Assembly (NCBI RefSeq): GCF_030028105.1
Contig: NC_092371.1
Span: 126,945,343-127,009,342, forward strand
Length of the DNA stretch: 64,000 nt
DNA from: Mobula birostris
Lineage: Eukaryota
Reading direction: 5' to 3'
A model generated the notes under the pieces. It worked only from the letters and a program-made list of their open reading frames with translations. It was not told the DNA's origin and searched no databases. Made by a program: the position numbers and the translations under genes. Shown here one piece after another: positions 35,549 through 48,547 of this stretch. The stretch's first letter is position 1. The number at the start of each line of letters is the position of its first letter.

Positions 35549-38515
35549 CCTTAACTCCTGATAGAGTCCTTGGGACGCTGTCATGACAAGCTTTTTGGTA
35601 TGCTCACCGTACGGCGTGTCTTGGGCATCTTAAACCTGGCTCAGCCCATCCCTCTCCAGGTTTTTTTTTTAAAACAAGGTCAAGTTGTCAGCTCGACACT
35701 CAACCCAGGCACGGATGGAGAGCGTGCAAGGGAGCCGGCCGGATTTAAACTTGGGACCTCTCGCCCAAAGTCTAGCGCAGATGCCACTACACCACCATTC
35801 GATTTCTGAAGGTCAATTTTTCCAAAAGCATTCTTTATAACCCTATCTAGCTTGTTTCCACTTTCAATGAAATATGGAACTGTATACTCCATTATACTGC
35901 ACTCCTCAGTGTCCTACCGTTCACCATACAAGATCTGCCCTAGTTGGTCCTACCCAAGGGCATCACCTCGCACTTGTCTACATTAAATTCCATTTGCCAG
36001 CCCATTTTATCCAGCTGGTTGAGATCATGCTGCAAGCTTTGATAAGTCTTCGTCGCTGTCCACTACACCTCCAATCTTGACGTTATTCACAAATTTGCTG
36101 ATCCAGTTAACCGTATGATCATCCAGATCATTGACATAGATGATAAACAACCACCCACGGACCCTGCAGCAATCCCTGTGGCACTCAACTAGTTAAAGCC
36201 CTTCAGTCAGAGAGGCAACTATCTATAAACCACACTCTAGTTTCTCCCACAAATTCAATTTACTACCTCATCTTGCATGCCAAACCACTGAATATTCTTG
36301 ACTAACCTTCCATGCTTGACCTTGTCAAATGCCTTGCTTAAGACCACGTAGGCAATATCTACTGCCTTGCCTTCATCAACTTTCCTGGCAACTTCCTCAA
36401 GAAACTCGAAGATTGCTTTGGCATAACCTACCACACACAAAACCATGCTGACTATTCAAATAATCAGATATCTGGTCCCTTAGACACCTTCCAAGTAACT
36501 TTCCCATTATTGTTGTTAGGCTCACTGGCCTATAATTTCCTGGTTTATTTTTAAAGCCTTTCTTAAATGCAGAACATTAACCATACCCCAATCCTCCAGT
36601 ACCTCACTGGTCACTAAAGATGATTTAAATATCTCTGCTAGGGCAGTTGCAATTTCTGTACTTGCCTCCCAAAGGGTCTGAGGGAATACTTTATCAGGCC
36701 CTAAGGATTTATCCACCCTAATTTGTGTCAAGACAGTAAACACCACCTCCTCTGTAATCTCTGCAGGGTCCATGACGTCGCTGCTGTTTCTTCTCACCTC
36801 TATAGACTCCATGTCCGTTTCCCAAGTAAATACAGATGTAAAAAATCCATGTAAGATTTCCCCATTTCAGATTACCATTCTGATCTTCCAACAGACCAGT
36901 TTTGTCCCTTCCAATCCTTTTGCTCTCAACATGTTTTTCAGAATCCCTTAGGATTCTCCTTCAACCTCATGCTTACTTTTAGCTCTCCTGATTTCTTTCT
37001 CAAGTGTTCTCTTGCATTTCTTATGCCTCATAAGTACCTCATTTGCTCCTACCTCCCTATACTTGCAATGAATCTTCTTAACCAGGGCTTCAATATTTCT
37101 TGAGAACCAAGGTTCCCTAAACCTGTTATTTTTACCTTTTACTCTGACAGGCATATACAAGCTTTCTACTCTCAGAATTTCACTTTTGAATGCCTCCCAC
37201 TTACCAAGTAAACCTTTGCCAAAAAAATAACCTGAGCCAATCCACAACTGCCAGATCATTTCTGATAAGATCAAAATTGGCCTTTCACCAACTTAGAATC
37301 TCAACCCATGGGCCAGACCTATCTTTTTCCATATTCACTTTGAAACTAATGCCATTATGATCAGTAGAAGCAATGGAAAATGTTTCCCCAGACAAACTTC
37401 TGTCACCTGTCCTGTCTTATTCCCTAACAGCAGATTAAGTATCGCACACTCTCTCATTGGGAATTCATTATACTGATTAAGGAAACTTCGCTAAACACAC
37501 CTGACAAACTCTATCCCACTTAGTCCTTTTACAGTATTGGAGTCTCAGTCAAAATGTTTAAAATTAAAATCACCACCAATAAAAACCTAATATTTCTAGC
37601 AACACTCTACAATCTCTACAAATTTATCCTCCGAATCCCATGGACTGTTGGGTCATCTATTATGTAGCCCACTAACATGATCATAACTTTCTTATTCCTC
37701 AGTTACACCCATACTGCCTCAATAGACGAGTTCTTCAGTCTGTCCTGGCTGAGAAATGCAGTAGCATTTTCCCCACCCTTTCCCCTTTAATCCCGCCTGC
37801 TCTGCCGCACCGAAAACAACAGAACCCCGGTTTATTGAGCTGGCAGTCCTGCCCCTCCTGAAACCAATCTCATTTACAGCTACCATATCATTATTCCATG
37901 GTTTAATCTGTGCCCAGAGCTCATCTGTCTGTCCTACAATACTTTTTCCATTAAAATATATGCACCTCAGAACCTTAGTCACACCATGATCAACCTTTTG
38001 ATTCTTTACTTTGTCTGAGATCTTAACACCAGTCTTCACAACCTCTTTTGGCTCCAACTCCTTGATATAAAGGGTTAGGTGCACTTCTGCCAGGTGAAGC
38101 CGTCAGGAGCACTGGAGGTCTCCCTGCCTTCCCACATCCCGCGAAAGGAGCATTCAACTATCCTGCCTGGCATCTCTACTGTTCTAACTGTCCAAGTATA
38201 ATGACGGAAAATAAATAACCTGGGGGGTAAAGAAAAAAAAATCTACTTCCAGCTTTTCACCTCTCACTTTAAGCCTCAAAGAGCTACACCATTAAATAAC
38301 CACTCTAACATTGTCCTTTCCAACAATGGTTACTCCATCATATACCATTCCTCTTACCCCTGCTTTGTTTTAATTTGTCCTTACCAATCAATCCCGATCA
38401 TTGCTTGGCTAGTACTCAAACACTAAACTGCTGCGACTCAATACCTTATGTACTTAATTGGTGAACCTGAGTGAGCCAACTCTTCTCACTCTTACTCATT
38501 ATAATAAGGTGAACA
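33345..38515 (-). mobile_element. CR1 LINE fragments (at least two elements), with a Rex/L2-type 3' insert (~34890-35390) and a SINE
   Basis: LSKAFDKVKHGRLV, DKSLGPDKVFP, LRCIYFNGKSI (APE start), EPWFSRNIEAL. Confidence 0.8.
35505..35795 (-). mobile_element. tRNA-derived SINE with (AC)n tail; (GT)~20 microsatellite at 35505-35546
   Basis: Minus strand ggtggtgtagtggcatctgcgctagac..agtttaaatcc, related to 13640-13846. Confidence 0.7.
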
Positions 38516-38519
38516 AAAG

Positions 38520-39117
38520 CTCTTTGTAAGCACTCAAACCATCCTGCAAATATGCCCTAAACTACGTACCCTTTCAAAATTAAAGTCGTACTTTTCTGCA
38601 AATATTGCAGCGAAAATCTCATGCTTCGCATTCAGTTCCTGGACGACTTCACTTTCGGTCCGTTCGTAACTGCATTTGGTTTCGATTGTTATGCTTTCCT
38701 CTTCCAATTGCATCAGCTCTTCATCCATCAGTTCTTGGTCATGGGACGCCAAAACCTCTCCAACATCATCTTCGTCAACTTCCACAAGCCAAACTCACTT
38801 TGTCCTTACTTCGTTCACCACGATCGAAACGCTTAATTATGTCTAGTTTTAGGCTAAGTCTAACACCCTTACAAGCTTTTTTAGGCTTTTCTGATTCCTT
38901 AGAACTCACCTTGCTAATGGATGCTCACAGGCACGTGTTTAAGCAATGCCGGCTAGAATGCCATTCCGGGGAAGGAGCTTGGCTGCTTGGAGCGCACACT
39001 GCCTTTTCTCGTAACAGTGAAAACAGCTTCTGTTCCTGAAAACAGGTAACTAATATAAGTCTTTTGTAACAGCGGGGTTTTGTAATGTGAATGTTCGAAA
39101 AGCGGGAGGACATCTGT
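38520..39117 (-). mobile_element. Tigger/pogo fragment (related to 46867-48460)
   Basis: EVDEDDVGEVLASHDQELMDEELMQLEEE; TIR ..ttcgaaaagcgggaggacatctg|ta. Confidence 0.8.
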
Positions 39118-40140
39118 AATAAAATGATCACTGATTCCAGCACTGGGAGAAACCTCTGAAATTAAATCTGGATGCGAAGTCAGCAATAAATCTAAGGTGT
39201 TTTCGGCGCCACCTGTATCATCACATCTGGTAGAAAAAGTAACTTTCTGAGACAGAAGATTTTTCAGAATCAAATCAGCCAGGGTTTCCTGAAGAGCACC
39301 TTTTGGTTCACTTTGTGTGCCGTCAGTCCAATTGGGACATTAAAATCAACCCCAGGATGATAAACAGAGAGCGCGACGAGGCATTTATTTTGGAAATGCT
39401 TGATTCAAGGTCTAAAAGAGGCCTGGACTTAGCATCAGGTGGAAGGTAAAGACTCCCGATCTGCACCATTTGTTCCTGAAGTGCTCAGATTTGCTCAGAG
39501 TTGCTGCCTAAGTCAGTTCTTTCAACACAAGGAATAGTGTTGTTCACACCAATAAAAACACCATCACCTTGAGAGTTTCTGTCCTTCTAAAAATTTGAAA
39601 ATGAGGGAATATCTCAGCAGATTTAATTGAAGGATCAAGCCAAGATTCAGTCCCGAATAAAATGTCAGGATTTTCGGTTTCAAAAGTGAATTAATCACAG
39701 CCGATATTCTTTTCTACTGCCACAATTAATGATAGCAATTTTAATCCCATTACTTTTACTATTATCAATGCGAGCACTGTCTTTTTTAGTATTTCAAGTT
39801 TTATTGTGAGCATTGCGTGCATTTCTTTGTCCAGCAACATATTTACAGTAAATGCTAGCGGAAGGGGAGGGCTGGGGATTGTCATCAACAGGGGTGTTGC
39901 TCTTACCATCTTTCTCAACAATGCTCCAACCATCTTTTGTCTTCCTCCCCCAAAGGAGCTGATGCCAACTGGAAACCAGGGTTTCGGGGCTGGGTAGGTG
40001 CCACCAGAGAGCACGATGTGTGCCCCTAGTGAAGGGCACACCAGCTGTAACTATCAGCACTAGGTGAACCAGCCTGATCCTGGTACTGGTGGGCAGTCAT
40101 CTCAGAGCCAGCTAGTACCAGACAAGGGCTCACTCTGATG
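39118..40140 (-). mobile_element. CR1/L2-group LINE, ORF1 end and APE endonuclease fragment
   Basis: NPDILFGTESWL, DFNV, ENTLDLLLTSHPDLI..GISDHF; copies at 49149-49500 and 62770-64000. Confidence 0.75.
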
Positions 40141-40687
40141 CCACGGTTTCTGGAAGTTTTGATCCTCAGGCAGAAGAAAGAAAAAGTTAATTCACTGGTA
40201 AACAACTAGACAATGACAGGACCACTTACACTTCGTCACAGATTTACACAGCATGAGAACCTGTTCCCACCTGCTTCATTACCATGTCTACCTCTGTCTC
40301 CACTTACACAGAACTCTATACTTTAACCCTCCATCTGTTGAATAGCCATGTAGATATGTCTGAATCCAGAATACCTCCCTTGCCTATATCGGCCTCTGGT
40401 CTCCAGGCGACCAGAGTTTAAATCCTGTTGTGATGATGCATTTCATTGTGATGTGTCCCACTGGAGTCACAATGGCCATGTGCTGTTAGTGTTTGAACTG
40501 TCCCCGAGTGGTCACACCTCAATGTCTCCGTATTTAGTAAAAGCCTTGGTCACTGGCTGTGTTACAACGATGTGAGGAGGCTGAAAGTGGTAACTGGTTT
40601 TCATGGTAACCCTGGCTCTGTGTGACCTTGGGAATGGTAGAGATGCGATTATTCATTTTCCATGTCCCTTTATGGAGAGGAATAAAT

Positions 40688-43318
40688 CTCAAAGTACATT
40701 TATTATTAAGGTATCTATAAATTATACAACCTTGGTATTCTTCTGCTTACAGGCAGCCACAAAACAAGAAACCTGAAAGAACCCAATTTTAAAAAGAGAC
40801 TAACACTCAAAGCATGTAGAGAGAGAGAAAAAACAACAGAAATCCTGCAAATAATAAGAGAAAGCGACAGTGTTCAGAATCACACTGAGTCCATCGACAC
40901 AGAGCCCGGAACAGCCAGATTAGACCCATAGCCTCAGTCTCAGTTCATCACACATAGTGGTAGTAGTCATACTTTATTGATCCCGGGCGAAATTGGTTTT
41001 CGTTACAGTTGCACCATAAATAATAAATAGTAATAGAACCATAAATAGTTAAATAGTAATATGTAAATTATGCCAGTAAATTATGAAATAAATCCAGGAC
41101 CAGCCTATTGGCTCAGGGTGTCTGACCCTCCAAGGGAGGAGTTGTAAAGTTTGATGGCCACAGGCAGGAATGACTTCCTATGACGCTCAGTGCTGCATCT
41201 CGGTGGAATAAGTCTCTGGCTGAATGTACTCCTGTGCCCACCCAGTGCATTATGTAGTGGATGGGAGATGTTGACCAAGATAGCATGCAACTTAGACAGC
41301 ATCCTCTTTTCAGACACCACGGTGAGAGAGTCCAGTTCCATCCCCACAACATCACTGGCCTTACGAATGAGTTTGTTGATTCTGCTGGTGTCTGCTACCC
41401 TCAGCCTGCTGCCCCAGCACACAACAGCAAACATGATAGCACTGGCCACCACAGACTCATAGAACATCCTCAGCATCGTCCGGCAGATGTTAAAGAACCT
41501 CAGTCTCCTCCGGAAATAGAGACGGCTCTGACCCTTCTTGTAGACAGCCTCAGTGTTCTTTGACCAGTCCAGTTTATTGTCAATTCGTATCCCCAGGTCT
41601 TTGTAATCCTCCACCATGTCCACACTGACCCCCTGGATGGAAACAGGGGTCACCGGTACCTTAGCTCTCCTCAGGTCTACCACCAGCTCCTTACCCTTTT
41701 ACACATTAAGCTGCAGATAATTCTGCTCACACCATGTGACAAAGTTTCCTACCGTAGTCCTGTACTCAGCCTCATCTCCCTTGCTGCTGCATCCAACTAT
41801 GGCAGAGTCATCAGAAAACTTCTGAAGATGACAAGACTCTGTGCAGTAGTTGAAGTCTGAGGTGTAAATGGTGAAGAGAAAGGGAGACAAGACAGTCCCC
41901 TGTGGAGCCCCAGTGCTGCTGATCACTCTGTTGGACACACAATGTTGCAAGCACACGTACTGTGGTCTGCCAGTCAGGTAATCAAGAATCCATGATACCA
42001 GGGAAGCATCCACCTGCATCACTGTCAGCTTCTCCCCCAGCAGTGCAGGGCGGATGGTGTTGAATGCACTGGAGAAGTCAAAAAACATGACCCTCACAGT
42101 GCTCGCTGGCTTGTCCAGGTGGGCGTAGACACTGTTCAGCAGGTAGATGATAGCATCCTCAACTCCTAGTCGGGGCTGGTAGGCGAACTGGAGGTGATCT
42201 AAGTGTGGCCTGACCATAGGCCGGAGCAGTTCCAGAACAAGTCTCTCCAGGGTCTTCATGATGTGGGAGGTCAATGCCACCGGTCTGTAGTCATTGAGGC
42301 TGCCGGGGCGTGGCGTCTTCGGCACAGGGACGAGGCAGGACGTCTTCCACAGTACAGGAACCCTCCGGAGCCTCAGGCTCAGGTTGAATACATGGCGAAG
42401 TACTCCACATAGCTGAGGAGCACAGGCTTTGAGCACCCTGGTATTGATACCATCCGGTCCTGCAGCCTTGCTTGGGTTGAGACGTTTCAGCTGTCTTCTC
42501 ATTTGTTCAGCTGTGAAGCCCACCGTGGTGGTTTTGTGTGGGGGAGGGGTATAGTCATGAAAGCAGGGTGGGGGACTGTGAGGAGGGGTAGGAGGGGAGA
42601 GTGGAATATGTGTTGGTTGGGGGTCGACAACAGATGGCTCATGTGGGGGATGGGTAGGGGCCACAATGTCAAATCTGTTAAAGAACAGGTTAAGTTCATT
42701 GGCCCTGTCCCCACTGCCTTCAGTCCACACAGAAGTTGATGTAATCAGTGATGCACTCTGGGGCACAGCGGAGCAAATCACCGCAAAGCCCACAGACATG
42801 AAGCTCGCTGCAGCTGGAGCAGTCTCAAGACTCAGCACCATGGAGGGAGTAGTACACGTCGCAGAAGAGGGAGTGGAATCAGCCCGATCCTCGCCTCTGG
42901 TCCCAATGCCTGCCTTTTCAGTCTATCTGGGCCAGCATTTAAATTGTCCAAACATGGGGTTATCCCCCACACTAGGACAAGGGCCCTGCCATAGAGATCA
43001 CTCTGTGCCTGTACACCACCAGCCAGCTGGAGGCCGAACTCAACCTTTCCAAATCAGCTGAGCGCTTAGATCAATCCAACCTCGCTCCCAGTTTAGGTGG
43101 ACGGGCTCTGAAACTCCTCTGCACCGACTCCTGATTCTCTTGCTCCAAATGTGTCTACATTTCAAAAATGCCTCGACCTCACTCTGACAACTTCTCCTCG
43201 AACACTCCAACTTTGTATCACGCCCGCACGGCTCAACACGCAAGTCAGTCTCGCCTGCACTCACCTCCTCATTGTTTGTGGTGACAACTTACCACAGACA
43301 AAGTGATATTAATAAATT
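40688..43318 (-). mobile_element. Non-autonomous retroelement (host of the Rex1 insertion); shorter copy at 50017-51495
   Basis: Flanked by aataaat repeats; minus-strand tail aataaatgtactttgag. Confidence 0.5.
40961..42760 (-). mobile_element. Rex1/Babar LINE, 5'-truncated, RT largely readable
   Basis: KAAGPDGI, NDYRPVALTSHIMKTLERLV, FFDFSSAFNTI, GAPQGTVLSPFLF, KFSDD; TSD-like catagtgg/cacagcgg; absent from the paralogous unit. Confidence 0.92.
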
Positions 43319-43840
43319 ATTTCATTGTATTTCTTGCCTGTGAAATACGACCAATGTCAGTACCACCATCTAGGCGGGTCAATATACCACCTAACCCCCC
43401 AAAAATTGCAAAGAAACGTTTAATGATCGTTTATTGTACTTTTTAATGTGAAGAACAACATATCAAAAGTTGGACAATTTTGACACACGGAAAAGTTTCC
43501 AAAAATGGCATCATAAAATAAGATGGCTGCCAGCAGAAAAACGTCAAAAATTGCAAGTTTTTTACTTCTTTCTTTATTAATCTTTTTATTGATTTAAAAA
43601 GAGCATATATACTATTAAGAGAATTATCTCAAATAAAAAGTTTTCTAAACCTGATGTTTTAATGAATGCTCTATTCACCAATGTTTTTCAATTAAAAGTA
43701 ATTCCTCAAATGGAAGTTGCAATTGTACTGACGTAATGACATCATCAATGATGTAATGACGTCATCAATGACGTAATCAAGGGACAACGCTGGTATTAAG
43801 TACTGACCTCATGACACATAATATGCTACCTTATGGCTTC

Positions 43841-46290
43841 TCAGATGCAGTCTTGTTCATCATCTTCTATCACTAGCTTATTTATCATATTGTCACAGTT
43901 GCCATCTTGGCAATGCCCACATGCATTGGTGCATTCCAGCCCATGCTTTCTGCAGGTACACTTTAGCGTATTGCACCCTCCCAAACAATTGCAGTGAATC
44001 ATCTGAATAAGTACCTCTGGAGCAGTCCTTTTGTCTGTCATCATTGGAATGAGTTTTTCCCCTTCTACCCTCCATCCCCACTCAGACAGCTCCATTTCAT
44101 CACTATACCCCATCCACTCCATAACCTGGTAGTAAGTCTGCAGGGACTGAAATTTACAGGCCAAGGTGGTTAGTGGCAGTCTTTCAGGCATGACGAAAGT
44201 CTTAGCTCTCGCAACATTCTTGCAGAGCATATTGTATCTGATAGATGCCAGGGAGTCATTCTGATTTCCATTGAACAATGCCACCATTGCCTTACAGCCA
44301 TTGGTTTCCACAATATCCTGACTTTGCTTTGGTGAACAGAACACTTTCGGACAGTCTCTAATTCCCTTTTCTTTCTTGATGATTCTTCGGAACCCTGACT
44401 TCTTTCCGATCCCAAATACTCTGGACGTTGAGTCCCATCCAGTAAAGGCATGGAGAAACAATAGATCATTACAAGCCACTTCTCCGAGTATCTGCTTAAG
44501 GACCTTGATATTATACGCAGTCGATTTCGCCTTGTCCGAGCGGAAATAGAGTTCAGTGCAGTTTGTTACCACTACTTAGTAGAGCAAGAGTACGAGGAGA
44601 TCTGTGTCTTCTCCAACGAGGGTGGTAGATTTGAAAGCAGACATTGCGACGGCTGCTTTTGTAATCTCAACGTCGGCATCTCCTTCAGCTTGAATCACTT
44701 CGCAGCCTCTCTGTTGCAAACGTTCCATGGTGAGCTGGATAATTACCTGTTTGCTTGACTCATCTGACAAGAGGTCCTCCTTTTTATCAACAAATTTTGT
44801 CGCCCCTGTAATGTTCACCTTGTATGCATTCAAATTTCTACTTAGACGCTGATCAGTACAATCCTTTATGCATGGCCCAACCTCACAATCATCAAACACT
44901 ACAGTGGCTCAGGCATAGTGTTTGACAGTGAATGAGGCGTAGTCATCTGAAATTGAACTGTAGGTGCACCCCTCCCTCCATTTTAAGCGGTGCAAAAGTG
45001 ATCCCCCATCTAGAATATATTGATCTGTCACTGGGACCATCTGTGTGACAGCATTGTCCAATTTGGAGATGACATAATTCTTTATCGCTTCTGCCAGTTG
45101 TGGCTTATCTAGCTGGTGCAAGATGTTCTTTGCTTCAAACAAAGACATCGGATATGGACAGAGTTCATAGTTCATCACTTCGTCTAGCCGGAGATCACCC
45201 GTCTGTGACACAACTAGGAACCTCTGGAATAACAATGCTGGATCTATGGTACGGTCTTCAGCAGCTTTGACTGCCCTACTGGATGCTAGTGTCTTGACCT
45301 TCAAACTCCTTTTGTGCGAACACAAGAAAACGGAGTGTCCATCCATCTTTCGAACTGTGGCATTTCCTGTTGCGAACAGGTCATGTACATTGACATCCTC
45401 ATTTGCATAAACCCCTGTGATGATGTTGCGCAATGATTTATCATCCAAAAATAGGGTGAAGCAGTCCAGTTTTGCTGCGACTTTTTCAAGGTCAGTCTCA
45501 TCTCTATTCACTCTGGAAGTGGACAACTCCTTATGTTGTTCACCTGTTGTGTAACTATTTGCAGTCGGTTCTTGCATGGAAAGGTTGTAAGAGGATGACA
45601 TAGTGGAAGACATAGTCCAAACTGCTCTCTGGTGCTCTTCCATCCCACTTCCTTGCATTAGGCCCCCTTGGCTTTTTAGTAAGCGCATTAGGGTCTGTTC
45701 TATCACAAGATCAGAGCAAAGGCCAGTCCAGTATTGGTTGCTGCGTCTGATTATACGAGACCCAGACTGGAACTTCGGATGAACTCCAGTGCATGCATCT
45801 TCTGGAGATAGAGACGAGCCGACTTCAACTAATTTGGATGGCCAGCAGTCGCAAATATCGGCAAGCAAGCTGAGATGCATCTCCCATGACCCCATTCGAT
45901 CGGCCGCAACAAGTGCCCTAGCAATTCCTACCATGTGCTGGTAGTTGACCCACAGTGTGCTGGTTTTGAAGGTCCCTGTCAGTTCATCCTTTCTGAGAGT
46001 CACAGTTTTGTCAATCCTGTGAATGCAAACTGATTTCAACAATGACTCAAAGTCACTTGCGCCAGTCTCCAGCAGTGTGTACAGTCTCTCAAGTTCCTCC
46101 ACTTGGTCTTGAAAACCAGGGTCATCCTCCATAATTTTAGCAACAATCTGAAGTGTAAGACATTGATCCACCAGCATGATGTCATGAAATAATAGTTCAT
46201 AGTTCCGGCGATAAAACATACCCTACGGGTATTCCCATTCACATTTTAGACCACGATTATGGCACTACCATTGTTAGAAAGAGTGAAATA
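43841..46290 (-). pseudogene. Academ transposase-XPG/PIN nuclease-Cys8 protein, C-terminal part, broken into three ORFs
   Basis: SDLVIEQTLMRLLKSQGG; LDGGSLLH; EGDADV; GEDTDLLVLL; HAFTGWDSTSRVFGIGKK; WGW; CNCLGGCNTLKCTCRKHGLECTNACGHCQDGNCDN. Confidence 0.85.
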
Positions 46291-48547
46291 CAGGTGTGTG
46301 CTGCTTAACGTCCATAGTCCCGATAGGAGAACGTGACGTAGCAGACGTAACCAATCTCGTGTATCGCATGTTTCCAGTGTAGCAGCGTTATCTGTTTAAT
46401 TTTCTTTAGAAAATATTACCGTAAAGTGCATTATGGCTTCCAAACGCAGCAAAACCACTCCTAGTGATAGCAGCAGCAAGAGGCAAAGGAAAAGTATTGA
46501 TTTGGAAGTGAAACAAAAGGTTATTAAACAATGTGAAGGTGGAAAACCAGTGCTAATGATATGGATTGAGTACGAAACACAAAAAAGCATCCCTCTCAGC
46601 ACGTTGACGATCACTGCTAACGCACGGGGCTTATTCGCAGTTCTTAAAGAAAAAGCAGGTCCAGACTACGATATCGAGTTTAGTGCTAGCTCTGGGTGGT
46701 TCAAGCACTTCAAGCAACATTTTCTGCTGCTTAATGTGAAAGTTAGTGGTGAGTCTGTGAGTGCTGTTGTATGTATTATACTGTAGACTATACAGTTTTA
46801 GTACAAGTTCTTGGCTGGTTAATCAATACAGGTACACTACAGTACTCCATATAGGTTTGTTAAGTACAGGTTTCCCCCGCCATCCGAAGGTAGAGCGTTC
46901 CTATGAAACGGTTCGTAAGCTGAAATGTCGTAAAGCGAAGAAGCAATTACCATTTATTTATATGGGAAAATTTTGTGAGCGTTCGCAGACCCAAAAGCAA
47001 CCTACCAAGTCATGCCAAATAACACATAAAACCTAAAATAACAGTAACATATAGTAAAAGCAGGAATAATATGATAAATACACAGCCTATATAAAGTAGA
47101 AATACTTCTCTACAACGATTGTCTGCACATATCTCTGTAGCGAAAATCTCACGCAAGTGCTCTCGGCAGAAAATCTCACGCAAGTGCTGTTGGCATGAAC
47201 ACGCTCTCCAGTAACCTTTAAACTATGAAGCTGCCAAATCTACCAAATAACACATAAAATTGCACGGCCTATATAAAGTAGAAATAATGTATGTACAGTG
47301 TAGTATCACTTACTGGAATTGGGAAAACAGCGCCGAGCACACTGATGATGGTGTGTTAGACTGAGTCGTCGCAGGCTGGGTGGTGCAGTGGCCCCCACCC
47401 TCCGGGCCGCCGACCCCATACATTCCCGCGAAGCACGCAGCGGTAGCCGGGAGGCACACAGCACGTCGTTAAGAAAAAAGCCCAAATAAACATGATAATT
47501 AATTAGGTGCTGCCCGGCACGTAAATGTCGGCGCAGATCAGAGGCAATTGCCGAATGCATCGCCTCTGATCTGGGCCGACAATTACATGCTAGGCAGCAT
47601 CTAATTAATTAGCATGTTTATTTCGGCTTTTTTCTTAAAGATGGGCTGTGTGCCTCCCGGCTAACACTGCGTTCTTCACGAATCGGTACAGTATCTGTCC
47701 GGGGCCCGAGAGTTGGGGTGGTGGGGCCCGGGGGTGTCATCTCATCGTCAATCAGGGCAGGCAGCTCATCTTCTCCTATGACTGCCCGCCTCGATGTCGA
47801 AGGTCGAGGTTCGTCGTCTGCTGTGGCTGATGTGGAAGGCTTGCTTGACTGCTGAGCCTCGCGCATTTTTCTATCATACAGTTGTTTGTAAGCACTCAAA
47901 CCATCCTGCAAATATCCCCTAAACCTACGTACTCTTTCAAAATTAAAGTCGTACTTCATCATTGCAGTGAAAATCTCACGCAGTTGCTTCACTTTCTGCA
48001 TTCGGTTTTGATTGTTATCCTTTCCTCTTCCAATTGCATCAGCTCTTCATCTATCAGTTCTTGGTCATGGGATGCCAAAACCTCTTCAACATCATCTTTG
48101 TCAACTTCCACAAGCCAAACTCACTTTGTCCTTGCTTCGTTCACTACGATCGAAACGCTTAATTATGTCTAGCTTTAGGCTAAGTGTAACACCCTTACTC
48201 TTTCAGGCTTTTCCGACACCTTAGAACTCATCTTGCTGATGGGGACTCAATGCAACGTGATTAAGCAGTGCCGTTCCGAATCCAGGGCAGAGCGGCTGCT
48301 GGGGGCACACGCTGCCTTTTAACGCGTGATTTTTTTATCGCGTGCTGCCTTTCTTCGTAACAGTGAAAACACCTTCTGAAAGCGAAAAGGGTACTAATGT
48401 AGGTCTTTCGTAACACTGAGGTTTCGAAAAGCGAGTGTTCGAAAAGCGGGGGACACATTGTATATAATATGGTGTTCACACAACGTCCAAATCACATAAC
48501 ATCCGATTTCACAGAACGTATCGTGGACGTAAAGTGACACATACCTG
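46291..48547 (+). mobile_element. Tigger/pogo non-autonomous element inside Academ A
   Basis: TA|caggtgtgtg..cacatacctg|TA; KRQRKSIDLEVK and FSASSGWFKHFK (CENP-B-type HTH). Confidence 0.85.
46867..48460 (-). mobile_element. Second Tigger-like element nested in the first
   Basis: TA|caggtttcccccgcc..gcgggggacacattg|TA; empty site gttaagtataaaatatgg at ~57780. Confidence 0.85.

Noticed and set aside
42761-42841. N-terminal extension of the 380-aa Rex1 ORF
   Set aside because: It derives from the flanking host repeat read in frame across the insertion junction.
43841-46219. Host FEN1/XPG or Tesmin/LIN54 gene
   Set aside because: Intronless, fused to transposase motifs, and enclosed by TIRs with a TSD.
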